Shown: positions 28,089 through 36,824, counted from the first letter of the stretch. The stretch: DNA of 64,000 nt from an uncultured Chloroflexia bacterium (GCA_963782015.1 CAWAHY010000004.1:1044633-1108632); one strand, 5' to 3'. Made by a program: numbers and translations. The notes: generated by a model not told the origin, from the sequence alone.

Positions 28089-28707
28089 GGGTCTCCTCCC
28101 AGAGGGTCGCCGCCACCAGCACGCCGGGATCGCGCAGCGGTTCGCCGACCAGCTGGGCCAGGCGCTCGGCCACGGCCCACCAGTCGAACGACTCGGTCAC
28201 GTCGGACGCGTTGACGAGGAGCAGCCGCTCCCCGGGGATGTAGCTCGGGATGATGCGGTCGAGGATCGCCTCGATCTCGTCGCGGAACGCATCGTTGGTG
28301 GAGCGGACCCCATCGGCCAGCAGCGCGACGTCCGGCAGCAGCCGCACGAACAGGTCGTAGGTCGAGGCCCAGTGGCGGATGAGCGGCTCGACCCCGAACG
28401 GGTCGGCACCATCGGTCACGCGCAGGAAGTACGCGAAGTTGTCGACCACGGACCGATCGGTGACGAGCACCTCGGCCCGCTTCCGCAGCTCCAGCTCCTG
28501 CTGGACCTGGGCCATCAGCACCCAGAGCTGGGCCTCGGGCGTGGCCCCCTCGTTCAGGCCGAGGGGATTGAAGCGGACCATCTCGCGGCCGACCTCGACG
28601 CTCCGCCCGGCCCGCCCGATGGTGCTGGCAAAGGCGTGCACCGCGTTCGTCTTGCGCACCGAGTGCGACCCGATGAACGCGATCTTGGCCGGCCTGCTCC
28701 ATGGCAC
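28081..28707 (-). CDS. P-loop NTPase-like protein (AAA_28/NadR-kinase-like) with a degenerate Walker A
   Basis: 208-aa ORF (GTG start). KIAFIGSHSVRKTN occupies the Walker A position, with Arg where the conserved Gly is expected. VLVTDRS resembles Walker B. 8-nt overlap with the decarboxylase start. Confidence 0.5.
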   Translation of the reverse strand: MPWSRPAKIAFIGSHSVRKTNAVHAFASTIGRAGRSVEVGREMVRFNPLGLNEGATPEAQLWVLMAQVQQELELRKRAEVLVTDRSVVDNFAYFLRVTDGADPFGVEPLIRHWASTYDLFVRLLPDVALLADGVRSTNDAFRDEIEAILDRIIPSYIPGERLLLVNASDVTESFDWWAVAERLAQLVGEPLRDPGVLVAATLWEETRG

Positions 28708-28757
28708 GCCGACAGGGTACTCAGTTGCCCTTGGCGACGGGGTGTAGCCTTGGCGCC

Positions 28758-29321
28758 ATGACAGATGAGACGCGCAGCCTCCCCCGCAACGTCAGCGTGG
28801 CCGCGGTGATGCTGCTGGTGTTCGGCGCGCTGAGCGGGCTTGCCTCCCTGCTGTTGCTGCTGGCCGCCAGCCTGGCTGGGATGCGGCAGATGACCGTGTA
28901 CGGCGATCCCGGGATGATGGGCGGCCCGGCGGGCGTGCCCTGGGGGATGGACGGGGGCCACGGAGCGTTCATGGGGCTGCTCTTCCTGGTGCTGCTCGCC
29001 CTCCTCGGGGCAGCCGTCACCGGCTCCCAGGTGGCGGCCGGCTGGGGGATCCTCCAGCGCAAGCACTGGGGCCGGCTGCTGGGGGTGGTGGTGAGCGCAA
29101 CCGCCCTGGTGGTGCTGGTCGTGGGACTGGCCGGGACCCTCGTCTGGGCTGCCGCCGGGCCCTCGCCCGAGTTCGGCGACCTCCCGCGCCGGATGGCCAT
29201 GCACTACCGATCGGCGATGGGTGCCACGCTCGCCCTGGGCGCGATCGTCAGCCTGGCGTTCATCGCCGGCTACGGCTTCGTGCTGTGGGTCCTCGCCCGC
29301 TCCGGGGACACGCTCGAGTAG
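28758..29321 (+). CDS. hypothetical membrane protein (4 TM)
   Basis: ATG 28758 (MTDETRSLPRNVSVAAVMLLVFGAL...), four hydrophobic helices, strong GC3 bias. Confidence 0.55.
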   Translation: MTDETRSLPRNVSVAAVMLLVFGALSGLASLLLLLAASLAGMRQMTVYGDPGMMGGPAGVPWGMDGGHGAFMGLLFLVLLALLGAAVTGSQVAAGWGILQRKHWGRLLGVVVSATALVVLVVGLAGTLVWAAAGPSPEFGDLPRRMAMHYRSAMGATLALGAIVSLAFIAGYGFVLWVLARSGDTLE

Positions 29322-29346
29322 AGGACATCCCCCGCGGCCGGCATGC

Positions 29347-29883
29347 TCAGTTCTCGGGCTGGCCGCGCCTTGTCCGGAAGGCGAGCGCGGAGATCCCGCC
29401 CACCAGCAGGACGGCCCCCACGACCACGAGGAGGGGAATCGGCAGGTCGGTCGCGTCAGGGCTCAGGGGCGGATGGGTCATCGTCGGCCGCAGGCCGGCC
29501 AGCGACGCGTCCCAGACGAGGGGTCCGTTGCACCCGTCGCCGGCCTGGAGCGTGCCCCCGACCACGTTCGCGATCACGAGGTAGCTGTCGCCGCTGGGTG
29601 TCCACCCCGTCCACTGGCCCGGGGAGCCGGCGAGCACGACGACCGCCGGCACGTCGTCACCCTTCCACACCTCCTCGACGGCGAAGGTGGTGTGCCCGCC
29701 CCCAGCGTCGACCGCGGTCAGGGTGCCGACGAAGACCACCGCTGCCTGGCTGATGGCGAGGTCCGGCGGAGGGCAGGTGGCGGCCCGGGCCGCGGGTGCG
29801 GAGAGGGCGGCGAGGCAGGCGGCGGCCCACAGCATCGCCAGCCAGATAACGGTCTGAGGGCGGAGTCGCAGTGATCGGTTCAT
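29347..29883 (-). CDS. hypothetical secreted protein with a C-terminal membrane anchor
   Basis: ATG 29883 (MNRSLRLRPQTVIWLAMLWAAACLAALSAPAARA signal), globular part, then PIPLLVVVGAVLLVGGISALAF plus RTRR. Confidence 0.55.
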   Translation of the reverse strand: MNRSLRLRPQTVIWLAMLWAAACLAALSAPAARAATCPPPDLAISQAAVVFVGTLTAVDAGGGHTTFAVEEVWKGDDVPAVVVLAGSPGQWTGWTPSGDSYLVIANVVGGTLQAGDGCNGPLVWDASLAGLRPTMTHPPLSPDATDLPIPLLVVVGAVLLVGGISALAFRTRRGQPEN

Positions 29884-29974
29884 GCCGGGTGGGTCCCTCG
29901 GCCAGCCCTGTCGAGCGCGAATGGCTCGGGTGTAGAGTATCGGCTCCTCAGAGGACACTTGCAGGAGGAGTTTC

Positions 29975-30823
29975 ATGGCGAGGATCATCCGCGCGGCGCT
30001 GTTGCAGGCCGACTGGACCGGCGACAAGGAGTCGATGATCGCCAAGCACGAGCGCTACGCCCGAGATGCCGCCAAGCAGGGCGCCCAGGTGATGTGCTTC
30101 CAGGAGCTCTTCTACGGCCCCTACTTCTGCCAGGTGCAGGATCCGCAGTACTTCGCCTACACCGAGAAGATCCCCGGCGGACCCACCACGGAGCGGATGC
30201 AGGCGCTGGCGCGCGAGACGGGAATGGTCCTGATGGTGCCGATGTACGAGGAGGACGCCGACACCACCGGCATCTACTACAACACCGCCGCGGTGATCGA
30301 CGCCGATGGCTCATACCTCGGGAAGTACCGCAAGACGCACATCCCCCACGTCAAGGGCTTCTGGGAGAAGTTCTACTTCCGCCCGGGGAACATGGGATAT
30401 CCGGTCTTCGACACCGCGGTGGGGAAGGTGGGCGTCTACATCTGCTACGACCGCCACTTCCCGGAGGGAGCCCGGGCGCTGGGGCTCAACGGGGCGGAGC
30501 TGGTCTTCATCCCCTCCGCCACCTCGCGCGGGCTGAGCGAGTATCTCTGGCGCGTGGAGCAGGTCTCGCACGCCCTCGCCAACGGCTACTTCGTGGGGAC
30601 GATCAACCGCGTCGGGATCGAGCCGCTCGGCGAGGACGACTTCTACGGGCAGTCGTACTTCGTCGACCCGCGGGGCCAGTTCGTGGGTGACGTCGGCGAC
30701 GCCCACAAGGAGGAGCTGCTCGTCCGCGACCTCGACATGGACAAGATCACCGAGGTGCGGCAGCTCTGGCAGTTCTACCGCGACCGCCGGCCCGATGCAT
30801 ACGCGGACCTGGTGCGCCCGTAG
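29975..30823 (+). CDS. beta-ureidopropionase-like carbon-nitrogen hydrolase (nitrilase superfamily)
   Basis: AGGAGGAG RBS. MARIIRAALLQADW...VMCFQELF (catalytic Glu), YRKTHIP (Lys), GVYICYDRHFPE (Cys). Confidence 0.85.
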   Translation: MARIIRAALLQADWTGDKESMIAKHERYARDAAKQGAQVMCFQELFYGPYFCQVQDPQYFAYTEKIPGGPTTERMQALARETGMVLMVPMYEEDADTTGIYYNTAAVIDADGSYLGKYRKTHIPHVKGFWEKFYFRPGNMGYPVFDTAVGKVGVYICYDRHFPEGARALGLNGAELVFIPSATSRGLSEYLWRVEQVSHALANGYFVGTINRVGIEPLGEDDFYGQSYFVDPRGQFVGDVGDAHKEELLVRDLDMDKITEVRQLWQFYRDRRPDAYADLVRP

Positions 30824-30838
30824 CCGTTGGCGATTCGA

Positions 30839-30985
30839 TACAACGCTGGGTAGTACATAGAGCGCGTGTGACCACGCTCTGCCACCCCGATAGAGCCGCG
30901 AATGGGTCACGGTCTTACTACCGCTGGTGGTAAAGGGCTGCACCGGACCGAGCCCCGCGTGTCGATGAACTACCGACAGGTAGTA
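30839..30985. promoter_or_regulatory. palindromic sites (motif family 1) upstream of the LLM oxidoreductase gene
   Basis: TACAACGCTGGGTAGTA at 30839-30855 and TACTACCGCTGGTGGTA at 30916-30932 both fit TACnAC-N5-GTnGTA. A related perfect palindrome ACTACC-GACA-GGTAGT lies at 30969-30984, 27 nt before ATG 31012. Confidence 0.45.
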
Positions 30986-31011
30986 AGCCGCGCGTCAGTA
31001 GAGGAAGCCAG

Positions 31012-32016
31012 ATGGACTTCGGGTTCACGCTCAAGCCGGAGAACGACCTGGCGCGCACCGTCGAGCTGACGAAGCGTGCCGAGGCGAACGGCTTCTCGTA
31101 CGGCTGGCTCTTCGACAGCCACGTGCTGTGGCGCGAGCCCTACGTGCTGCTGACCCTGATGGCGCAGGCCACCGAGCGGATGCGCCTCGGGACGTGCGTC
31201 ACCAACCCGGCCACGCGCGAGCCGAGCGTGACCGCCTCGACCCTGGCGGTGCTCGACGAGCTGAGCGGCGGGCGGATGGACCTTGGCATCGGGCGCGGCG
31301 ACAGCGCGCGGCGGGTGCTCGGCAAGCCGCCCACGACCATGAAGACGCTGGAGGAGGCGATCGCCGTCATCCGCGACCTCGTCGAGGGGCGCTCCGTCAC
31401 CTTCGAGGGCACGGAGCTGGTGCTCCCGTGGTCCGGCAAGTGGAAGCTTCCCGTCTGGGTGGCCGGCTATGGACCGATGGCGCTGGCCATGACCGGCCGC
31501 GTCGCCGACGGCCTGATCCTCCAGCTCGCCGATCCCGACCTGATCCGCTGGTTCGTCTCGCAGCTGCGCGAGGCGGAGGCTGCTGCGGGACGGCCAAAGG
31601 GGAGCGTCAAGGTCCAGGCGGCTGCGCCAGCGCACGTGGGCGCTCGCGACGTTGGCCGCGACCGGACCCGATGGTTCCCCGCACTCGTCAGCAACCACGT
31701 CGTCGACCTGGTCAACAAGTACCCGCGCGAGCAGCTCCCCGAGGCGCTGACCGGCTACATCGGCAACCGGGAGGGCTACGACTACCACCACCACGCCGAG
31801 GTCGGGTCGAGCAACGCGGCCTTCGTCGGCGACGCCGTGACGGATCGCTTCTGCGTCCTGGGCGAGGCGGCGGAGCACGTCGCCAAGCTGCAGGAGCTGG
31901 CCGCGGCCGGCGTCGACCAGTTCAACCTCTACCTGATGAACGGCGACGAGGAAGAGCAGCTGGACCGCTACGGCCGTGACATCATGCCCACCTTGATGAG
32001 GACCTCGGATGCCTGA
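31012..32016 (+). CDS. luciferase-like (LLM-class) oxidoreductase, probably F420-dependent (mer/Fgd-related)
   Basis: 334-aa ORF: MDFGFTLKPE...ANGFSYGWLFDSHVLW...LGTCVTNPATREP...GRMDLGIGRGDS. The TIM-barrel LLM pattern resembles the F420-dependent clade as I recall it. Cofactor not verified. Confidence 0.75.
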   Translation: MDFGFTLKPENDLARTVELTKRAEANGFSYGWLFDSHVLWREPYVLLTLMAQATERMRLGTCVTNPATREPSVTASTLAVLDELSGGRMDLGIGRGDSARRVLGKPPTTMKTLEEAIAVIRDLVEGRSVTFEGTELVLPWSGKWKLPVWVAGYGPMALAMTGRVADGLILQLADPDLIRWFVSQLREAEAAAGRPKGSVKVQAAAPAHVGARDVGRDRTRWFPALVSNHVVDLVNKYPREQLPEALTGYIGNREGYDYHHHAEVGSSNAAFVGDAVTDRFCVLGEAAEHVAKLQELAAAGVDQFNLYLMNGDEEEQLDRYGRDIMPTLMRTSDA

Positions 32017-32665
32017 CCTCGACCAGCTCGAGAAGGCGGCGGAGCGGCGCTGGCTCGCGTCGTGGCTGATCGGGCCGACCCACACCCGCTACGACGAGCT
32101 GCCGCTCCAGCCGGGAGACATGGCTCCCGACCTGGCGCTGCCCGACACCTCCGGGGAGCAGCGCCACCTGTCGGAGTTCTGGACCCACGGCCCGGCGATC
32201 GTCATCTTCATGCGCCACTTCGGCTGCTCCTGCCTGATGGAGCGCTGGGAGGGGCTGCGCGGCGAGCTCGAGGACTACGCGGCCGCCGGAGCCCGGGTGG
32301 TGGCGATCTGCCAGGCGGAGCCGGAGCGCGCCGAGGCGGTGGCCGCGCGGCGCGGGTACGCCTTCCCGGTGCTGTGCGACCCGGAGCTGCAGGCGTATCG
32401 GGCCTTTGGCCTGCTCGAGGGCCAGCCGGCGCAGATCCTGCACGCCTTCCCGTGGCAGGCCGGCGACGAGGAGACGGCGCGGACCCTCTTCATCGAGCCG
32501 CGGCGGGGGACCGAGCGCGCGGTGGTCGACTCGCCCTGGCAGCTGCCGGGGGAGTTCGTGATCGGCTCCAACGGACGGATCGCCCTGGCCCACCGCTACC
32601 AGTACTGCGAGGATTTCCCGCCCAAGACGGTGCTGGTCGGCGCGATCCTGGCGGCGGAGAGCTGA
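32009..32665 (+). CDS. peroxiredoxin-like (AhpC/TSA, thioredoxin-fold) family protein
   Basis: 8-nt overlap with the LLM gene. PDLALPDTSGEQRHLSEFW...AIVIFMRHFGCSCLMERW is a redoxin-type pattern. Confidence 0.65.
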   Translation: MPDLDQLEKAAERRWLASWLIGPTHTRYDELPLQPGDMAPDLALPDTSGEQRHLSEFWTHGPAIVIFMRHFGCSCLMERWEGLRGELEDYAAAGARVVAICQAEPERAEAVAARRGYAFPVLCDPELQAYRAFGLLEGQPAQILHAFPWQAGDEETARTLFIEPRRGTERAVVDSPWQLPGEFVIGSNGRIALAHRYQYCEDFPPKTVLVGAILAAES

Positions 32666-32666
32666 G

Positions 32667-33853
32667 ATGGCGACCACGGCGGCTCGCCGCATCGACCGGC
32701 TGCGCGACAGCATCGCCCCGTTCCTCGCCTTCTTCACCGGGCCGTTCGCGCGGCTGAACGCCAACCCGGAGATCGCCAACTTCGCGGTCGGCAACCCGCA
32801 GGACTACCCGATCCCGGCCTACGTGGATGCCCTGCGCGCGAACCTCGAGCCAAGGCGGCGCAACTGGTTCGCCTACAAGGACAGCGAGCCGAAGTCGCGG
32901 ATCACCGTCGCCCGCTCGCTCGCGCGAGCGGACCGGCCTGCCGTGGGACCCCGCCGACGTGGCGATGACGAACGGTGGCTTCGCGGCGCTGGCGGTCGCC
33001 ATGCGCGCTCTGGTCGAGCCGGGCGACGAGGTGATCTTCCTCTCGCCGCCGTGGTTCTTCTACGAGTTCATGATCCTGGCCGCCGATGGCGTGCCGGTGC
33101 GCCTGCACCTCGCCCCGCCCGCCTTCGAGCCCGACATGGCCGAGATCGCCGCCGCGATCACGCCGCGCACCCGGGCGGTCATCTTCAACTCGCCGCACAA
33201 CCCGTCCGGCCGGGTCTACCCGCTCGAGACGCTCCAGGCCCTGGCGCAGACGCTGACCGATGCCTCCAGCCCGCATCGGCCATCCGATCTACCTGATCTC
33301 CGATGAGCCGTACAACCGGATCATCTTCGACGGCCGCGCCTTCCACTCGCCGGCGGAGGTCTATCCGAACACGCTGGTGGCCTATTCCTACGGGAAGACG
33401 CTGCTGGCCCCGGGCATGCGCATCGGCTACCTGACCATGCCACCCACCATGCCGGACCGCGAGGCGTTCCGCGAGACGATCTTCGTGGCCCAGTTCGCCA
33501 CCGGCTACGCGTTCCCCAATGCGCTGCTCCAGCACTCCATCGAGGACCTGGAGGGACTCTCGATCGACGTCGGCGCCATGCAGCAGCGGCGCGACGGGCT
33601 GGTGGCTGCGCTGCGGGAGATCGGCTACGAGACGACCATGCCGGAGGGCACCTTCTACATCATGGCCCGCGCCCCGATCGCGGACGACGTGGCCTTCTGC
33701 GACCTGCTCGGCAGGCACGGCGTGCTGGTCCTGCCCGGCACGATCGTCGAGGTGCCCGGCTGGTTCCGGATCAGCCTGACCGCCACCGACGAGATGGTCG
33801 AGCGGGGGATCCCCGGCTTCGCCGCCGCCTACGCCGAGGCGCTCGCCGGCTAG
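32667..33853 (+). pseudogene. class I/II aminotransferase, two frame breaks
   Basis: MATTAARRIDRLRDSIAPFL...FAVGNPQDYP runs to about 32920. GLPWDPADVAMTNGGFAALAVAMRALVEPGDEV...IFNSPHNPSGRVY runs to about 33270. IYLISDEPYNRIIFDG...YSYGKTLLAPGMRIGYL (PLP Lys) ...FRISL ends at stop 33853. Confidence 0.8.
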
Positions 33854-34320
33854 GTGACCGGCTGGGTTGCCTGCGGCTCAAGCTCGAGGTCGTCCAGGTA
33901 GATCACCTCGAGCTTGTCACTGCCCCGCAGCGATCGGTCGTTGGTGACGAACGCCGTGGCGCCGCTGGCGCGCGCGGTGGCGAGGTGGACGGCATCCGAC
34001 AGTCCGATCCGACGGATCCCGCGGATCACCGCCGCATCAGCCGACAGCTCGCCCTCGACTGGAACGACCTTGAGCCCGGCAATGGATCGGATCTCGTCGG
34101 AGTACCGCTCGACCTGAGCCAGGTCATGCCTGGCCGGCCCGGTCAGGACTTCGGCCAGGCCCACGGCGGACAGGACGGCTGCCACGCGACCGTCCTCGGC
34201 CGCCTTCATCAAGCCTCTGGCGGCCGGCCCCCAGCGCTCATCTCCCTCCAGGAGATAGATCAGGATGTTGGCATCGACCGCGATCCGCCGGTGCCGCGCG
34301 CACACCTCCCCGATCGTCAC
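33850..34320 (-). CDS. vapC: PIN-domain ribonuclease toxin VapC
   Basis: GTG 34320 overlaps the antitoxin stop (GTGA). IAVDANILIYLL (first acidic residue), AEVLTG and LSDAVHLATA...FVTNDRSL give the typical PIN acidic quartet spacing. Confidence 0.8.
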   Translation of the reverse strand: MTIGEVCARHRRIAVDANILIYLLEGDERWGPAARGLMKAAEDGRVAAVLSAVGLAEVLTGPARHDLAQVERYSDEIRSIAGLKVVPVEGELSADAAVIRGIRRIGLSDAVHLATARASGATAFVTNDRSLRGSDKLEVIYLDDLELEPQATQPVT

Positions 34321-34568
34321 CGGCCCATGCGCTCGAGCCGCTCCTCCCACTCGTCGCGGAGGGCGCGGACGTACGCCACCGGATCCGGCCCGTACATGCC
34401 CTTTCCGGCGCCGTAGAGGCGGTCGACCGCACTTCCGCCCTGCCGCATGACGAGCTCGCGTCCACGGATCTCGACGGAGAGGCGATCCCCGGCCTTGATC
34501 CCGAGTTCGCGCCGCACCCTGGCGGGGACGTTGATCTGGTTCTTCGAGCTGACCTTGACGCTTAGCAT
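34317..34568 (-). CDS. vapB: AbrB/SpoVT-domain antitoxin (VapB-type)
   Basis: Start taken at ATG 34568. MLSVKVSSKNQINVPARVRRELGIKAGDRLSVEI is a swapped-hairpin AbrB/MazE-type DNA-binding domain. Confidence 0.75.
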   Translation of the reverse strand: MLSVKVSSKNQINVPARVRRELGIKAGDRLSVEIRGRELVMRQGGSAVDRLYGAGKGMYGPDPVAYVRALRDEWEERLERMGR

Positions 34569-34604
34569 GTCAACGATGCTAAGCGCCACCCATGCCCCCG
34601 TCAA
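34559..34604 (-). promoter_or_regulatory. vapBC promoter with an overlapping palindromic operator; leaderless start
   Basis: On the minus strand, TTGACG (34604-34599) is followed by 17 nt, TAGCAT (34581-34576), 7 nt, then ATG (34568). CGCTTAGCAT-N7-ATGCTAAGCG (34559-34585) is a perfect 10-bp inverted repeat. One arm holds the -10 element and the other holds the start codon. Confidence 0.45.
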
Positions 34605-34632
34605 GCGGAGGGGCACAGGCGATGCGGTCCAG

Positions 34633-35360
34633 TCACGCGATCAGGCACCCGTCGAGGAATTCGGCAAGTTCCCCCTCGCGCGACACCGCATGCTCCGAGG
34701 AAGCGGTCTGACGCATCGCCAGCTCGAGGTAGCGGTGGCTGGCCGCAGCGGCGGCCCGCGCCTCCTCGGTCAGCGCCCCGCCCCTCCACGCGCTGTCGCG
34801 TCGGTCCGAGGGGAAGCCATGCTCGTCGTGCTGCCGGCGGAAGCGATCGAGCGGCCCCCAGTGCTTCAGGCGCACGATCTGCGCTCCGACGCGGTCGACG
34901 TGCGCCGGCGAGTACGAATCCTGCAGGCAGTGCAGCAGCTCGCCGAAGAGCATCCATCGACGCCGACTCTCTGGCCAGCGCCATGGCACGAGCGTGGGTG
35001 GTGGCCAGGAACTCGCGCATGTCGTGGACCGCGCGCGGTCGTCGTCCCTGACCAGGCTCGGAGCGCGTGGCGCCTCTGGGCGAAGGGAAGGGCGGAGACC
35101 AGGAACCCGGCCAGGCTCACATCGGGGGCGCGGACACCGCGGATGAGCGCCCGCTGCTGCCCAGGCGACAGCGCCAACCCCTCCCACGCCGCGCGGGTGA
35201 TCGCCTCGTGGCCCTCCTCGCGACTCACCAGGGGCGCGCGCACGAGCCAGCCGACACCGAGGAGGATCGGGAGGAGGTCGAGGGGCCAGCTCACGTCCGA
35301 GAGGATGGCGCAGTCGCGGCATTCCCACCAGCCACTTGCCGACGCTAGGATGTCTCCCAA
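34633..35360 (-). pseudogene. hypothetical protein (His-rich HxLQDSxSPxH motif), two frame breaks
   Basis: MGDILASASGWWEC...REEGHEAITRAAWEGL...PFAQRRHAL (frame of ORF 34866..35360). Then EPGQGRRPRAVHDMREFLATTHARAMALARES (frame of 34601..35020). Then RRRWMLFGELLHCLQDSYSPAHVDR...EFLDGCLIA (frame of 34633..36012). Confidence 0.4.
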
Positions 35361-35391
35361 GCCAGTTCATCAACCTCCCCTGGAGGAACCG

Positions 35392-36772
35392 ATGCGCACC
35401 CTGATCAAGAACGGCACCGTCGTGAATGCCGATGCCACCACCCGCGCCGACGTGCTGGTCGACGGCGAGAAGATCGCCCTGATCGGCAGCGACCTGCCGG
35501 CGACCGCCGACCGGACGATCGACGCGGCCGGCAAGTGGGTGATCCCCGGCGCCATCGACGTGCATACCCACATGGAGCTGCCCTTCGGCGGCACCTTCGC
35601 CAAGGACACGTTCGAGACCGGCACGCGGGCCGCGGCCTTCGGCGGGACCACCACCATCATCGACTTCGCGGTCCAGCCGCGGGGCAAGGCGCTCCGCGAC
35701 GGGCTCGACGCCTGGCATGCCAAGGCCGATGGCAACGCCTGCATCGACTACGGCTTCCACATGATCATCAGCGACGTCCGCGACGACGTCCTGGCCGAGA
35801 TGGACACCCTCGTCGACGAGGGCGTCACCACCTTCAAGCTGTTCACCGCCTACCCCGGCGTCTTCTTCTCCGATGACGGGGCGATCTTCCGCGCGATGCA
35901 GCAGACGGCGAAGAACGGCGGCCTGATCATGATGCACGCCGAGAACGGCCTCGCCATCGACGTCGTGGCGGGGCAGACCTTCGCCGCCGGCAACACCGAT
36001 CCCTACTACCACGGAACGTCGCGGTCACCGGTGCTCGAGGGTGAGGCGACGAACCGCGTGATCCGCCTGGCGGAGGTCGCCGGTGCGCCGGTCTACATCG
36101 TCCACCTCTCCGCCCGGGAGGCCCTCAACGAGGTGCGCCGGGCCCGCGACGAGGGGCTGCCGGCCTTCGCGGAGACCTGCCCGCAGTACCTCTTCCTCTC
36201 GCTCGACGACATGGGCGACGGCTTCAACGGCGCCAAGTTCGTCTGCTCGCCACCCCTGCGCCCGGCCGATCACCAGGAGGACCTGTGGCTCGGCCTCCTC
36301 AAGGACGACCTCCAGGTCGTCTCGACCGACCACTGCCCGTTCGACTTCCACGGCCAGAAGGAGATGGGGATGGGCGACTTCCGCAAGGTCCCGAACGGCC
36401 TGCCCGGCGTCGAGAACCGCGTCGACCTGCTGCACTCCGGCGGCGTGGCCACCGGGCGGCTCTCGCCGAACCGATGGGTGGAGGTCATCTCGGCCGCGCC
36501 GGCCCGCATGTTCGGGCTGCCGCAGAAGGGGGCGGTGGGGATCGGGCTGGATGCCGACCTCGTCGTGTACGACCCAGCTCGGAAGCACACCATCAGCGCC
36601 TCGACGCATCACATGGCCGTCGACTATTCGTGCTACGAGGGGCTCGAGGTCACCGGGGGGTGCCGACGTCGTGCTCTCGCGCGGCAAGATCGTGGTCGAC
36701 GGCTCCGAGTGGCTCGGCGCCCGGGGCGACGGGCAGTTCCTGAAGCGCCAGCGCAGCGCATATCTGAAGTAG
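35392..36772 (+). pseudogene. hydA: dihydropyrimidinase / D-hydantoinase, one frame break near the 3' end
   Basis: GGAGGA RBS, ATG 35392. MRTLIKNGTVVNAD...GAIDVHTHMELPFGG...TFKLFTAYPG (carboxylated Lys) ...MMHAENG...VHLS...VVSTDHCPF. At the G6 run 36655-36660 the frame shifts. The correct C-terminus ADVVLSRGKIVVDGSEWLGARGDGQFLKRQ ends at 36772. Confidence 0.9.
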
Positions 36773-36824
36773 CGCGACGGTCAGGTATCCTCACCGTCGT
36801 CACGCCCAACAGGAGGAGCATCTC

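Noticed and set aside
29911-29938. Sigma-70-like promoter TCGAGC-N16-TAGAGT upstream of the beta-ureidopropionase gene
   Set aside because: The -35 matches only 3 of 6 positions and nothing else supports it. It cannot be distinguished from chance in AT-poor DNA.
33850-35360. vapBC region as a mobile genetic element
   Set aside because: No integrase, transposase, tRNA target or flanking direct or inverted repeats were found. I report only an insertion-like interruption of the cluster.
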